DNA of 64,000 nucleotides from an uncultured Gemmataceae bacterium (GCA_963750165.1 CAVVPN010000012.1:32001-96000), one strand, 5' to 3'. Positions 32,346-43,593 are shown, counted from the first letter of the stretch. Numbers and translations: made by a program. The notes: a model not told the origin generated them from the letters alone.

Positions 32346-32606
32346 TCACTCCTCGATCAGTTCATACGTGCCGCCGCCGGCCTTCTTGAGCTTGCCCTGC
32401 TTGACGAGTTCGTCCCACACGGCCTGCGAAAACTGGTTCGGCGGCGTGATGGCGACGATGCCGGAACCGCGGCCGGTGCTCAGCGGGTTGCGCGTGAACT
32501 GCGACTCCGCGTCCAGTCGCGTCACTTTCAAGCGTTTCTTGAACGCCTTCAACGCCTGCTTCAGTTCTTCCCGGCTCGGGGTGGCCGGGGTCGGTTCGGT
32601 GGCCAT
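32346..32606 (-). CDS. Small hypothetical protein
   Basis: AGGAG SD; 86 aa with good codon bias (LKAFKKRLKVTRLDAES, AITPPNQF..WDELV). Confidence 0.75.
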   Translation of the reverse strand: MATEPTPATPSREELKQALKAFKKRLKVTRLDAESQFTRNPLSTGRGSGIVAITPPNQFSQAVWDELVKQGKLKKAGGGTYELIEE

Positions 32607-32707
32607 GACCGCTGCTCCTGACGGTTTGTCTATCGGGGTCGCTCGCGTGCTGCTATTGTATGGCCGGTGTCGAGGTTCGGAAGAGCATCCCGACCGCCGA
32701 GAGCGCC

Positions 32708-33685
32708 ATGGCCGACCACGATCAGCAATTCAAAACGCTGCTGCGCGCGTTCTTCAAGGAGTTCATCGAGTTGTTCTTCCCCAAGTGGGCGGGGCGCTTC
32801 GACTTCACCGAGGTCGTCTGGCTCGACAAGGAGATTTTCCCCGACCCACCGCAGGGCAAGGCTTACGGCATCGACCTGCTGGCCAGGCTGAAGGTGCGGG
32901 AGCCGGTGGTGCTGGCGCCAGGCGGGCACAAGCACTTGCTGGTGCTGGTCCATGTGGAGGTCGAGTCGGCGGACAAGGTGGCGCCGCTGCGGCCGCGCAT
33001 GTTCCACTACTACGAGCACCTGCGGCGGCACCACGACCTGCCGGTGCTGCCGATCGGCCTGTACCTGCGCGTCGGGCTCGACGGCGTGGGCTGGGACGAG
33101 TACGTCGAGCAGTTCTGGGAAGAGACGTTGCTGCGCTTCCGCTACGCCTACATTGGTCTGCCTGGCCTGGACGCCGTGGATTACCTGGATCGCGGCAATT
33201 GGCTGGGCGTGGCGCTGACGGCGCTGATGCGCGTGCCGCCGGCGCGGCGGTTGGAATTGGCGGAGGAAGCGTGGCGGCGTTTGATACAATGTGACACAGA
33301 TCAGTTCCGGCGGCTGCTCCTGTTCGGGTGTCTCGGGACGTACGCGCAGCTCGACGACAAGCAGCGTGAGGAACTGGACAACCGCTTACGGAATGATCCG
33401 GACCTGGGGGTGCAAGCCATGTCACTCGGCATTTTCGAGAAGTACCACAAGCAGGGCCTTGAGGAGGGCCGCGCGGAGGGTCGTGCGGAGGGCCGCGCGG
33501 AGGGCCGCGCGGAAGCTCGTGAAAAACAACTGAAACTGGTACGGAGACAGTTGGAAAAACGCTTCGGCCCACTCCTCGAGTCGGCCTTGACCCGCTTGGC
33601 AGCACTTTCGGATGAACAACTCGAGTCCTTGGCGTTGGCGCTGCTCGAAGCTAAATCGCTACAAGACCTGGGTCTGGCGGACTGA
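32708..33685 (+). CDS. Rpn-family (PD-(D/E)XK) nuclease with DUF4351 C-terminus
   Basis: HDQQFKTLL..FF, WLDKE, DLL, HVEVES, RMFHYY; EGRA repeats; RQLEKRFG..LESLALALL. Confidence 0.88.
   Translation: MADHDQQFKTLLRAFFKEFIELFFPKWAGRFDFTEVVWLDKEIFPDPPQGKAYGIDLLARLKVREPVVLAPGGHKHLLVLVHVEVESADKVAPLRPRMFHYYEHLRRHHDLPVLPIGLYLRVGLDGVGWDEYVEQFWEETLLRFRYAYIGLPGLDAVDYLDRGNWLGVALTALMRVPPARRLELAEEAWRRLIQCDTDQFRRLLLFGCLGTYAQLDDKQREELDNRLRNDPDLGVQAMSLGIFEKYHKQGLEEGRAEGRAEGRAEGRAEAREKQLKLVRRQLEKRFGPLLESALTRLAALSDEQLESLALALLEAKSLQDLGLAD
33464..33511 (+). repeat. 12-bp coding tandem repeat (EGRA x4)
   Basis: gagggccgcgcg gagggtcgtgcg gagggccgcgcg gagggccgcgcg. Confidence 0.85.
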
Positions 33686-33777
33686 TCGCTTCGGGAGGTG
33701 CGCACCGTTGCGCAAGGCGCGGCGCAAGGAATTGGCCAATCGCCATCGCAACGATCCAGACCCGAGGAGTGCAACCC

Positions 33778-34032
33778 ATGTCGAGGGGCATTTATGATGA
33801 AACTTACAGGCGAGATTTCGAGGAAGGCTATGCGGTAGGTATCCGGGAGACGGTACTGGCTCAACTGCAGGAAAAATTCGGGCCGATCAGCGCGGCGATC
33901 CAGGACTTGCTGAGGCCAATGACTGCCGAGCAACTCATCGAACTCGCGGTGGCGCTGCTCAAAGCCAATTCCTTGCAAGACCTTGGGCTGGCTGACTTGC
34001 ACATCTCGTTTCGGAAGTGCGCAGGCCGATGA
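33778..34032 (+). CDS. Stand-alone DUF4351 / RpnS-like small protein, paralog of the upstream C-terminus
   Basis: GAGGAG SD; MSRGIY..QLQEKFGP..EQLIELAVALLKANSLQDLGLAD aligns with MSLGIF..QLEKRFGP..EQLESLALALLEAKSLQDLGLAD. Confidence 0.75.
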   Translation: MSRGIYDETYRRDFEEGYAVGIRETVLAQLQEKFGPISAAIQDLLRPMTAEQLIELAVALLKANSLQDLGLADLHISFRKCAGR

Positions 34033-35069
34033 CCATCACCGACGTGCGCGCCGTCCAGCCAGTCGCCGCCAACTCGCCGCCCGACTGGCGCACCACCTTC
34101 GGCCAGATCCTCGTCGCCATCGACACCAACGTCGGCCTGACCGGCTACGGCGTCGGCGGCGGCGGCGCGGCGGGCGTGCAGATCGTCCGCACCATTCTGC
34201 GCAACGTCCTGCTCGGCCGCGCCCCGCAGCCCATCGAACCGCTCTGGCAGCGGATGTATGCCGCGACGCTGCCGTTCGGCCGCCGCGGCCTGGCGGTCAT
34301 GGCACTCAGCGGCGTGGATCTGGCCCTGTGGGACCTGCTCGGCAAGACCGAACGCTGTTCGGTGGCCAAACTCCTCGGCGGCGCCCGGCACACCGAGGTG
34401 CCGGCGTACCTGACCGTCTGGAGCCAGCTGGCACGGGAGGAGGCCGGGAAGTACGCCGCCTATAAACTGCACGCCGGCAAGCTCGAACTCGGCTCGCGGG
34501 ACGAGGATCGCGTTGTGACGGCGGTCGAAGACGCCCGGCAACTCGTCGGCCCAAATATCCCGTTGATGCTCGACGCCTGGATGCAGTGGGACATCGACAC
34601 GACGCTGCGCGTGGCGGAGCGCGTGCGGCCGCTGGGTGTGGACTGGGTCGAGGAGCCGCTGTCGCCCGATGACCTGGCCGGCTATGCCGTGCTGCGTGAC
34701 CGCTGCCCGGTGCCCATCGCTGGCGGCGAACACGAGTTCACGGCCTTCGGCTTCGCGCCACTCATCGAGCAGCGGTTGCACCACGTCCTGCAGCCGGACG
34801 TGTGCTGGTGCGGCGGCATGACGGAGCTGGTCAAAATCTATCGGCTGGCGCACCCCGCGGGGCTGCGCGTCTGTCCGCACCGCGGCGCCGAGCTGTGGGC
34901 GCTGCCGGCGCTGGCGGCGCTCGACCCGCAACCGCTGGCGGAATCCGGCCGGCCGTGGCTGCCGTGGGTCGGCGGCCAACCGCCCATTCGCGCTGGCGTT
35001 ATCGCAGTGCCGGACGAACCCGGCTTCGGCGTCGTCATCGACGAGGCGAAGCTGCCTTCTCCGTGGTGA
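34029..35069 (+). CDS. Mandelate racemase/muconate lactonizing family enzyme (L-rhamnonate dehydratase-like)
   Basis: SGVDLALWDLLGK, LMLDAW, WVEEPL, AGGEHEFT, QPDVCWCGG, PDEPGFGV. Confidence 0.9.
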   Translation: MTITDVRAVQPVAANSPPDWRTTFGQILVAIDTNVGLTGYGVGGGGAAGVQIVRTILRNVLLGRAPQPIEPLWQRMYAATLPFGRRGLAVMALSGVDLALWDLLGKTERCSVAKLLGGARHTEVPAYLTVWSQLAREEAGKYAAYKLHAGKLELGSRDEDRVVTAVEDARQLVGPNIPLMLDAWMQWDIDTTLRVAERVRPLGVDWVEEPLSPDDLAGYAVLRDRCPVPIAGGEHEFTAFGFAPLIEQRLHHVLQPDVCWCGGMTELVKIYRLAHPAGLRVCPHRGAELWALPALAALDPQPLAESGRPWLPWVGGQPPIRAGVIAVPDEPGFGVVIDEAKLPSPW

Positions 35070-35140
35070 AATCCCTTCCATAATCCGCGGCCACACCTAC
35101 AATCGGCACCATTACTCCCCGCGCACCCAGAGACGCCGCC

Positions 35141-37023
35141 ATGCTCCTGGCCTCGTATCAACAGCACCTCGACCCGCTGTCGTCGCACAACATCCCCTGG
35201 TCGCAGGTGTGGTCCACGCTGCTGGCGGCGCTGCCGGTCCTGGTGCTTTTCTGGCTGCTAGTGCCGCGCCGCTGGCTGGCGTCCAAGGCCGGCGCCGCCG
35301 GGGCCGTCACCGCCATCGTCCTGGCCATCGTCATCTACGGCATGCCGGCGCCGATGGCGGTCATGGCGTTCGTGCAGGGGGCCGGCTTCGGTCTCTTGCC
35401 GGTCGGCTGGACCATCTTCAGCGCCATGCTCCTGTACAACATCACCGTTGAGACCGGCCACTTCGCCATCGTGCGCCGCAGCGTTGCGGGGCTGTCCGGC
35501 GACGCCCGCATCCAGGCAGTGCTGATCGGCTTCGCCTTCGGCGCTTTCCTGGAAGGGGCGGCCGGCGGCGGTACGCCGGTCGCCATCTGCGGCGCCATCA
35601 TGGTCGGCCTCGGCTTCCATCCCTTTCTCGCCGCGGTGCTGTGCCTGATCGCCAACACCTCACCCGTCGCCTACGGCGGCCTCGGCACGCCGCTCATCGT
35701 CCTCGGCGGCGTCACTACCGGGCTGCCGACCGAAACGCTCAGCGTCATGGCCAGCCACCAACTACCGTTTTTGTCGTTCCTGGTGCCGCTGTACATGACC
35801 AAGTGCATGTGTACCTGGAAGCAAACGCGCGAAGTCTGGCCGGTGTTGCTGGTGTCCGGCGGTTCCTTCGCGCTATTCCAGTACACGTTCGCCACTGCTC
35901 ACCTGCATTTCGGCACGGTGCTGTACCCCATGACCGACATCGGCGGCGGCATCTTCTCGCTGGTGGTGACGGCGCTTTTCTGCGCTTCTGGAAGCCGAAG
36001 AAGGAGTGGCACTTCGACCACCCGGTCACGCCACCCCCGGCCGCGCCCACGCCGGCAGCCGAACCCCCGGCCGCCCACGCCGCCGAGGCCGAGACGCTGC
36101 TCGCCGGAACCAACGGCGAACCCAAAAAGGCAGCGGAGGCGCCGCTCACGTGGAAAAGCGTTAGCCTGGCGTGGGCACCGTACGCCCTGATGTCGGTATT
36201 GCTGCTGTTGACGGGCCTGGTGCGACAGGAGGAGGAAGACACCAAGAAACACGGGCCGAAGCAACCCGGCCACGGTTTCGTCCAGATCGCTGGGCCGCTG
36301 TACACGAATTACCAGATCCCCATCCCGACGCTGCACAACGAATCGTCCCGCGACAAGCGGCTGCTGGGGCGGGACAAGGAGTCGAAGCCGGAAGGGGCGC
36401 TGTTCAACTTCGCCTGGCTGACGGCGCCGGGCTCGGCGGTGTTCGTGGCGGCGCTGCTGTCGATGCTGCTGTTGCGCATGAACCGGGCTCAGGTCGGCCG
36501 TGTCTTCCTGCGGACGTTCTTCCAGATGAAGGTGCCGATCCCGACCATCGCGTGCATGCTCGGCCTGAGCTACGTGACGCGCTACAGCGGTATGGACGCG
36601 ACGCTGGGCTACGCTTTCTCGGCAACGGGGGCGCTGTACCCGTTCTTCGCGGCGCTGCTCGGCTGGCTGGGCGTCTTCCTGACCGGCACCGACGCGGGCA
36701 GCAACGCCCTGTTCGGCTCGCTGCAGCAGATCACCGCGCAGCAGGTGCATCAGAACAACCCGGCCCTGTTCACGGGCGGCCTGTCCTCACCGCAACTGGA
36801 AGTGCTGCTGTGTACGGCCAACAGCACGGGCGGCGTCATGGGCAAGATGATCGACGCCCAGAGCATCTGCGTGGCGACGGCGGCAACGCACCAGATCGGC
36901 AAGGAAGCGGACATCTTCAAGGCGGTGGTCTGGCACAGCCTCCTGCTGGCGGCGCTGGTCGGCCTGATGACGCTGTTGCAGGCGTACGTCTACCCGTTCA
37001 CGCTGATGGTGCCGAAACCGTAA
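35141..37023 (+). CDS. L-lactate permease (frameshift ~35980)
   Basis: FGAFLEGAAG.GTPVAI, ANTSPVAYGGLG, LGWLGVFLTGTDAGSNALFG, GGVMGKMIDAQSI. Confidence 0.92.
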
Positions 37024-37267
37024 GGACGCGGCGGCAACGGGTTTGTTGATGAAGCCGGCCTCAGGCGTAGCCCATCCAGGGCGTGCGGCCGTGGCGGACC
37101 TTGCCTCGCGTTTCCGTGTGGGGCCTGGGAATGAGAATCCGAATCGACTCCTCACGCCTTTCCCGCGCCGCGCGGAAGCGACCGCGGCCGGTGATTGCGG
37201 TTGACCGCCGACCGCGCCGCAGCATATAGTTTCATTGGCTGATTTCCTTTGTGCGAAGGAGCAACCC

Positions 37268-37522
37268 GTGGCCTCCAAGTCGAAACGACGATCCGAGCAG
37301 GTTCTTGGCTTTGTCGGCGTCGGCCTGGACAACCAGGACGACCACCAACGCCTGACGCGCGCCGAGCACTTTGTCCTGATCGGCGGCTCCGCGGAGACGC
37401 ACGAACGGATGCAGGACGTGACCATTCGCTTCAACGAATCGCTGAAGCAGCGCGACAAGACGCTGCCAGAGTTGTCGCTGCAGGAAGTGGCGGACCTGCT
37501 GCACCGGGCGATGGAAGATTGA
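37268..37522 (+). CDS. Small hypothetical protein
   Basis: AAGGAG SD before GTG; GVGLDNQDDHQRLT..GGSAETHERMQ. Confidence 0.75.
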   Translation: MASKSKRRSEQVLGFVGVGLDNQDDHQRLTRAEHFVLIGGSAETHERMQDVTIRFNESLKQRDKTLPELSLQEVADLLHRAMED

Positions 37523-37527
37523 AGAAG

Positions 37528-37613
37528 TGCAGATTGCCAATGGCCGATTGCAAATTGAAAGACCAGCAAAGTTCCCGGTCTTTCAATCGGCAATCGGCAA
37601 TCGGCAATCTGCA
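37528..37613. repeat. Inverted arrays of the 7-bp GCAATCG unit
   Basis: tgcagattgccaatggccgattg ... caatcggcaatcggcaatcggcaatctgca. Confidence 0.75.
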
Positions 37614-37687
37614 ATTCCTCCGAAACTCTCCCGCCATCGCCCCAGTATCTTCTCCTGACGACCTCCCGTGGACCCTGGTGGCCGCAC

Positions 37688-38242
37688 GTGTCGGACGAAG
37701 CCCTGCTGGTGGACCGCTGCCGGGATGGCGACGCCTCGGCCGTCCGGGCGCTGGTGGAGCGCTTCCAGAGCGACGTGTACGCCCTGTGCGTCCGCCTGCT
37801 GCAACACCGCCAGGACGCCGAGGACGTGTGCCAGGAAGTGTTCCTGCGCGTCTTCCGCAGCTTGCACCGCTGGGACCCGCAACGGCCGCTCAAGCCGTGG
37901 ATCATCGGCATCGCCGTCAACCGCTGTCGTACCTGGCTCGGCCAGCGCAGCCGGCGGCCGGAGCTGGTCGATTACCTCCAGGACACTGCCGCCAGCCGGC
38001 CCGACGACGACTCCGAGGAGTTGGTGCGAGAGATTCAGGCCGCCCTGGCGGAACTGCGGCCGGACTACCGCCTGGTGTTCGTGCTGTTCCACGAACAGGG
38101 TTTGCCGTATGACGACATCGCCACCCAGCTGCACCGACCGGTCGGCACCATCAAGACCTGGCTGCACCGGGCGCGGCTGGAAATACTGGACCGGCTGCGC
38201 CAGCGCGGCATGATTTCCGAGGTGGGCCATGAACTGCCCTGA
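37688..38242 (+). CDS. ECF RNA polymerase sigma-70 factor
   Basis: DAEDVCQEVFLR, WIIGIAVNRC, LPYDDIA..PVGTIKTWLHRAR. Confidence 0.95.
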   Translation: MSDEALLVDRCRDGDASAVRALVERFQSDVYALCVRLLQHRQDAEDVCQEVFLRVFRSLHRWDPQRPLKPWIIGIAVNRCRTWLGQRSRRPELVDYLQDTAASRPDDDSEELVREIQAALAELRPDYRLVFVLFHEQGLPYDDIATQLHRPVGTIKTWLHRARLEILDRLRQRGMISEVGHELP

Positions 38243-38963
38243 GAGCGAACCACACCTGCAAGCGCTGCTCGATGGCGATACCGCCCCGTCCGCGCCCGAC
38301 TTCCTGGCCCACCTGGCCGCCTGCCCGGCGTGCCGCGGCCGTCACGGCGCCGCCCTGCGCCTGCTGCACGGCCTGCCCTTGCTACCGCGGCCGACAGCAC
38401 CCACCGGCCTGAGCCTGCGCGTCACCGCCGCGGTGTTGCGCGACCGCCGGGAACGGCGCTCCCGCCTCCGCCGCTGGGCGACCGTCGCCGCGGCCGCCGT
38501 CCTGCTGCTGGCCCCGTTCCTCGGCCTGCACTGGCTGCGCCAGCTGGAACTGCCCGCCCGCCCACCGCTGATCGTCCGCAGCCAACCCAAGCCACCGCCG
38601 GCCCCCGATGACCTGGTCAAGCATGCGCCGAAACCCGAGCCCAGGACCGAACCGCTGCGGCCGCAGCTGGAGGAGACGCGCCAGGCGCTGGCGGCCGTGG
38701 GCGACCGGTTGACGAAGGTGAACCTCCAGCCACAGCGACTGATGTACACGGCGACGCTGCCGATGGGCATGGCGCCGCTGGACAGCCTGACGCACCTGGA
38801 GCCGCTCAACCAGCCGGTCGCCGGCGCCGCCCAGGGCGTCCAGAACGCCGGCAAGGGCGTCGGCATCGGTGTGCAGACGGTCACCGGCACCACCCGGCGG
38901 GCGCTGTCGTTCTTCCTGCGTGAGCTTCCGCCGTTGGCCTCCCCGCGTAAACGCTCCCTGTAA
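38229..38963 (+). CDS. Zinc-finger (HxxxCxxC) anti-sigma factor
   Basis: MNC..AHLAACPAC, single TM helix, overlaps the sigma gene. Confidence 0.85.
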   Translation: MNCPESEPHLQALLDGDTAPSAPDFLAHLAACPACRGRHGAALRLLHGLPLLPRPTAPTGLSLRVTAAVLRDRRERRSRLRRWATVAAAAVLLLAPFLGLHWLRQLELPARPPLIVRSQPKPPPAPDDLVKHAPKPEPRTEPLRPQLEETRQALAAVGDRLTKVNLQPQRLMYTATLPMGMAPLDSLTHLEPLNQPVAGAAQGVQNAGKGVGIGVQTVTGTTRRALSFFLRELPPLASPRKRSL

Positions 38964-38979
38964 CCCCGGACATCCTGCC

Positions 38980-40695
38980 ATGAGAGTAACGCTGCTGTCG
39001 CGCTCGACGGTACTCGCCTGCGCCCTGCTGTCGCTGGCGGCCGGGGTGGTGCGGGCGGACGGGCCACGCACCGAGCTGGCTCGCCTGGTGCCCGACAAGG
39101 TCGCAGTCTGCCTGGTGATCGGCGACCTGCGCGGCCAGGCCGACAAGATGAAACAATCCGCATGGCTGAAGAAGGTGCGCGAGTCGCCGTTGGGGCGTGA
39201 TCTGGCCGAGGCCCTGAATGGGGCGAAGCTTGGACAGTTCGGCGACCTGCTGCAGAAGCGCCTGGGCGTGACCTGGCCGCAGCTGCGCGACGAGGTGCTC
39301 GGCGATGCCGTGATTTTTGCCTACCAGCCCGGCCCGCCCGACCGGCCCGACGACGAGCAGGGATTGCTGCTGCTGCAAGTGCGCAGCCCGGCGGTGCTGG
39401 CGAAACTGATGGAGCGCCTGAACGCGGTGCAGAAAAAATCGGGTGAGTTGAAGAAGCTGGAGGCGCGACAACACCAGGGCAAAACCTACTTCCGCCGCGT
39501 GGAGGGCGACGGCGAGCAGTTCTACCACCTCGACGGCGGTTTGCTGGCGTTCAGCGGCCACGAGGCCATGCTCAAGCGCGTGCTGGAGCGGGCCGCGGCG
39601 CCCAAGGCCGAGACGCTGCCGCCGCTGGCGGAGCACGTCAAACTGGCCGGGGCCGACAAGGCGCTGGTGACGCTGTGGGTGAATCCGCGAGCGCTGGACG
39701 CCGAGTTGCAGGACAAATTCGCCGCGGCGGAGGGCCAGGCGGCGCACGTCCTGAAGGTGCTCCTGCGTTACTGGCGGGGGCTGGAAGGCGTGTCGCTGGC
39801 ACTGACGCTGGAGCCGGTGGCGGAAGTGCGGGTGGCGCTGCAGGCACGCCGCGATCAGTTGCCGCCGGCGGCGCAGCGCGTCGCGGTGGCGGCGGCGCAG
39901 CCGTCGGAGTTATGGTCGCGCTTCCCGAAGGACGCGGTGCTGACCGCGGCGGGCCGCGTGGACGTGGCGGCGCTGCTGGAGGTGTTCCGCGAGTGGACGC
40001 CGCCCGAGGCGGACCAGAAGTTGCGTGATTCCTTCCGCGGCAATCCCTGGCTGGAAATGAGCCGAAAACTCTTCGGCCAGCTGCTGGCGCAGCTGGGCCC
40101 GGACTGCGGCCTGTCCCTGACGACCGGTTCGCAAAAGGAGGCGCCGCCGCAGCTGCTGCTGGCCGTACGGTTGCAGTCGGGCAAGCCCGGCCAGGCCCTG
40201 GACCGCAAGCTGTACACGGGGATGATGGCCCTGGTGGCACTGGCAGTGACGGACCACAACCGCACGCACAAGGACCAGATCCGCATGAAGACGCTCCGGC
40301 AGGGCAAGGTCGAGGTCAAGTACCTGGTGAACGGCAAGGAGTTCCCCAAAGGCTTTCGACCGGCGTTCGCTTTGAAGGAGGGCTACCTGGTGGTCGCCAG
40401 TTCGCCGGAGGCCGTCGTGCGCTTCGCCGCCGGCCCGGCCGCGCTGCCGGACACGACGGACGGCACACCGCTGCTGCGCCTGAACGTGCGCCAGCTGACG
40501 CGGTTGCTCAAGGAGCAGCGCGAGGGCGTGCTGGCGGTGCTGGCGAAGAGGCACGGTCTGCAGCCCGAGCTGGCGGCGGTGGTGCTGGAGGGCCTGAAGG
40601 GCGGCCTCGACCTGTTCGAGGACGTGCGGCTGACGCAGCGCAACGAGGGGCCGCGGACGCTGTGGCTGTTGCGGCTGCGATCCGCGGCGAAGTAG
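38980..40695 (+). CDS. Secreted/periplasmic hypothetical protein (third gene of the ECF operon)
   Basis: Signal peptide, long ORF with typical codon bias. Confidence 0.75.
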   Translation: MRVTLLSRSTVLACALLSLAAGVVRADGPRTELARLVPDKVAVCLVIGDLRGQADKMKQSAWLKKVRESPLGRDLAEALNGAKLGQFGDLLQKRLGVTWPQLRDEVLGDAVIFAYQPGPPDRPDDEQGLLLLQVRSPAVLAKLMERLNAVQKKSGELKKLEARQHQGKTYFRRVEGDGEQFYHLDGGLLAFSGHEAMLKRVLERAAAPKAETLPPLAEHVKLAGADKALVTLWVNPRALDAELQDKFAAAEGQAAHVLKVLLRYWRGLEGVSLALTLEPVAEVRVALQARRDQLPPAAQRVAVAAAQPSELWSRFPKDAVLTAAGRVDVAALLEVFREWTPPEADQKLRDSFRGNPWLEMSRKLFGQLLAQLGPDCGLSLTTGSQKEAPPQLLLAVRLQSGKPGQALDRKLYTGMMALVALAVTDHNRTHKDQIRMKTLRQGKVEVKYLVNGKEFPKGFRPAFALKEGYLVVASSPEAVVRFAAGPAALPDTTDGTPLLRLNVRQLTRLLKEQREGVLAVLAKRHGLQPELAAVVLEGLKGGLDLFEDVRLTQRNEGPRTLWLLRLRSAAK

Positions 40696-40703
40696 TCCGA
40701 AAT

Positions 40704-40764
40704 AACCAGTACCCGATTTATCGGTTCGCGTGAGCTGCGCGAACCGATAAATCGGGTACTGGTT
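40704..40764. terminator. Perfect hairpin between convergent genes
   Basis: aaccagtacccgatttatcggttcgcg / cgcgaaccgataaatcgggtactggtt. Confidence 0.75.
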
Positions 40765-40777
40765 GCAAGCACATCTT

Positions 40778-43593
40778 TCACATCACCGTCTGATCCAGGG
40801 TCTGGTTGCTGGTGGAGAAGTCGGTGTCGCCGCCGTAGGTGGCGCTGATAATGTGGTCGCCGGATGTCAGGGACGACGTGCTGACGGTGGCGACGCCGTT
40901 GATGTCCAGCGTGCCGCTGCCCAGCGGCGCGTTGTTGTTCGAGGTGTCCACGAAGGTCACCGTGCCCGTCGGCGTGCCGGCCCCCGGAGCCATCGACTGC
41001 ACCGTGGCCGTGAAGGTCACCAGGTCACCGGATGCCGATGGGTTCGCCGACGAGGCCAACGTCGTGATCGTCGCCGCCTGGTTGACCATCTGCGTCAGCG
41101 AGCCGTTGCTGCTATTGAAGTTGGTGTCGCCGCCATAGGTGGCGATGATGGCGTGGCTGCCAACGCTCAGGTCAGACGTGCTGATAGTGGCGATGCCATT
41201 GCTGTCCAACGTGCCGCTGCCCAGCGTCGTGTTGGTCGTGGTGTCCAGGAAGGTCACGGTGCCCGTCGGTGTGCCCGCGCCGGGCGCGGTCGGGGACACC
41301 GTCGCCGTCAAGGTCACCGACTGGCCGAACACCGACGGGTTGACCGACGAGGTCAGCGCCGTGGATGTCCCCGCTGTGTTGACCGTCTGCGTCAGCGAGC
41401 CGTTGCTGGTGGTGAAATTGCTGTCGCCGCCATAGGTGGCGGTGATGGCGTGGCTGCCGACTTTCAGGCTCAACGTGCTGAGCGTGGCGACGCCGCCGCT
41501 CAGCGTGCCGGAACCCAGCGATGTCGAGGTCGTGGTGTCCTCGAACGTCACGGTGCCCGTCGGCGTGCCCGCGCCGGGCGAAGTCGGGGTAACCGTCGCC
41601 GTGAAGGTCACCGACTGGCCGTTCACCGCCGGGTTGGCCGACGAGGTCACCGTCGTGGTCGTCCCCGCCTTGCCCACCGTCTGCGTCACCGAACCGTTGC
41701 TGGTGGCGAAGTTGGTGTCGCCGGCGTAGGTGGCCGTGATGGTGTGGGTCGCGATGCTCAGGCTGGAGACGTTGCTGAGGGTGGCGACACCCGTGCCGTT
41801 GAGCGTGGCGGAGCCCAGCGATGTCGAGGTCGTGGTGTCCTCGAACGTCACGGTGCCCGTCGGTGTGCCGCCACCCGGCGAGGTGGGCTGTACCGTGGCC
41901 GTGAGGGTGATCGGCTGGCCGAACACCGACGGGTTGACTGAGGAGATCACGGCCGTGGTCGTCGCCGCCTTGTTGACGGTCTGCGTCACCGTGCCATTGC
42001 TGGTGGCGAAGTTGGTGTCGCCGGCGTAGGTGGCCGTGATGGTGTGGGTAGCAGTGGTCAGGCTGCCGGTGCTCAGGGTGGCGACACCGCTGCTGTTCAG
42101 CGTGCCGGTGCCCAGCGTCGTGCTCGTCGTGCTGTCCGTGAAGGTCACGGTGCCCGTGGGTGTGCCGGCGCCGGGCGAAGTCGCCGTCACCGTCGCCGTG
42201 AAGGTCACCGACTGGCCGGACACCGACGGCGTGAGCGAGGAGGTCACGGCCGTGGTCGTCGCCGCCTTGTTGACCGTCTGCGTCACCGAGCCAGAACTGC
42301 CGCCGAAGTTGGTGTCGCCGTCGTAGGTAACCGAGATGCCGTGCATGCCGACGGCCAGGCTGGACGTGCTGAAGGTGGCAGTGCCGCTACTCAGCGTGCC
42401 GGTGCCCAGCGTCGTGCTGGTCGTGGTGTCCGTGAAGGTCACGTTGCCGCTCGGCGTGCCGGCGCCGGGCGCAACGGCTGCGACCGTGGCCGTGAAGGTC
42501 ACCGACTGGCCGAACACCGACGGATTGGTCGCTGAGGTCACCGTTGTGATCGAGCTGGCCTGGTTGATCGTCTGCGTGAGCGAGCCGGAGCCGGCGGCGA
42601 ACTTGGAGTCGCCGCTGTAGCTGACCGAGATGTCGTGCGTGCCGACGGTCAGGCTGGACGAACTCACGGTGGCGGTGCCGGTGCTGCCCAGTGTGCCGGT
42701 GCCCAGCGTCGAGCCGTTCGTGTTGTCTGTGAAGGTCACCGTGCCCGTCGGTGTGCCCAGCCCTGCGGACGTCCCCGCGACCGTGGCGGTGAAGGTCACC
42801 GATTCGCCGAACACCGCCGGGTTGTTCGACGAACTGACGGTGACCGTGGTTTGATTGAGGTGGCTGAAGAACTCGTCGGAACTCACCATGCCGACGATGA
42901 TGGTGTTGGTCGATACGCCCTGGGCCAGCAGGCCCAGGTAGGCGCTCAACCCGGACGGGTCGGGGCGCGGCCCAGGAACTGCTGGTAGTAGCTCGTCAGC
43001 AAATCCTGCTGAAATTCGAGACTCCCCACCACCCCGGCGGCCACCTTGGCCCGGGAAGCGCCGGCCGCCAGGGCCTGGCTGCCCACCGCCTGGCCGGTGG
43101 GGTCGATGGGCCGGCCCAGCAGGTTCTCGTACAGGGCGTTCAGGAAACCGGCGTCGGTGCCGCCGCCCTGGGTGCTGAAGAACTCATTGGAGGCCGCCAA
43201 ACTCACCAGCAGTTGCTCGTACGTCTCCCCCTTGACCAGAGCCGGCAGGTTCGCGTTCATCCCCGACGGGTCGGCCGGGCGGTGCAGCACCACTTGATAC
43301 GCCTGCTGGATCTGCTGCGCGTAAAACTCCAGCGACGGAGCCGTGATGATCCCGGTCACGACCGCGGCCCGACTTTCGCCCTCGTCCAGGGCCACTGTCC
43401 ACTCGGCCAGGCCCGTCGGGTCGGCCGGCCGGCCCAGCAGGTCCTGGTACACCTGTCCGACAAACGCCTGGTTGACCGTGCTTGGCAGGGTGCGATCTTC
43501 CAGCAATTCCAGACGGAGGCGCGTCCGGCCGCGCCGGCCCTGGGGGTCGGGTTTGCGGGGAGAACCGGACAGGGAATTCCTCGGGTGCAGCAT
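40778..43593 (-). CDS. Secreted protein: LEDR motif + DUF4214-like repeats + 7 Ig-like (Big_3-type) repeats (frameshift ~42950)
   Basis: LELLEDRTLPS; YQDLLGRPADPTG repeats; ~99-aa repeats SVFGQSVTFTATV..PTGTVTF..YGGDTNF. Confidence 0.9.

Noticed and set aside
40839..42854. Regular series of ~98-aa plus-strand ORFs resembling a cassette array
   Set aside because: Antisense shadows of the Ig-like repeats; the stops come from the repeated Tyr codons.
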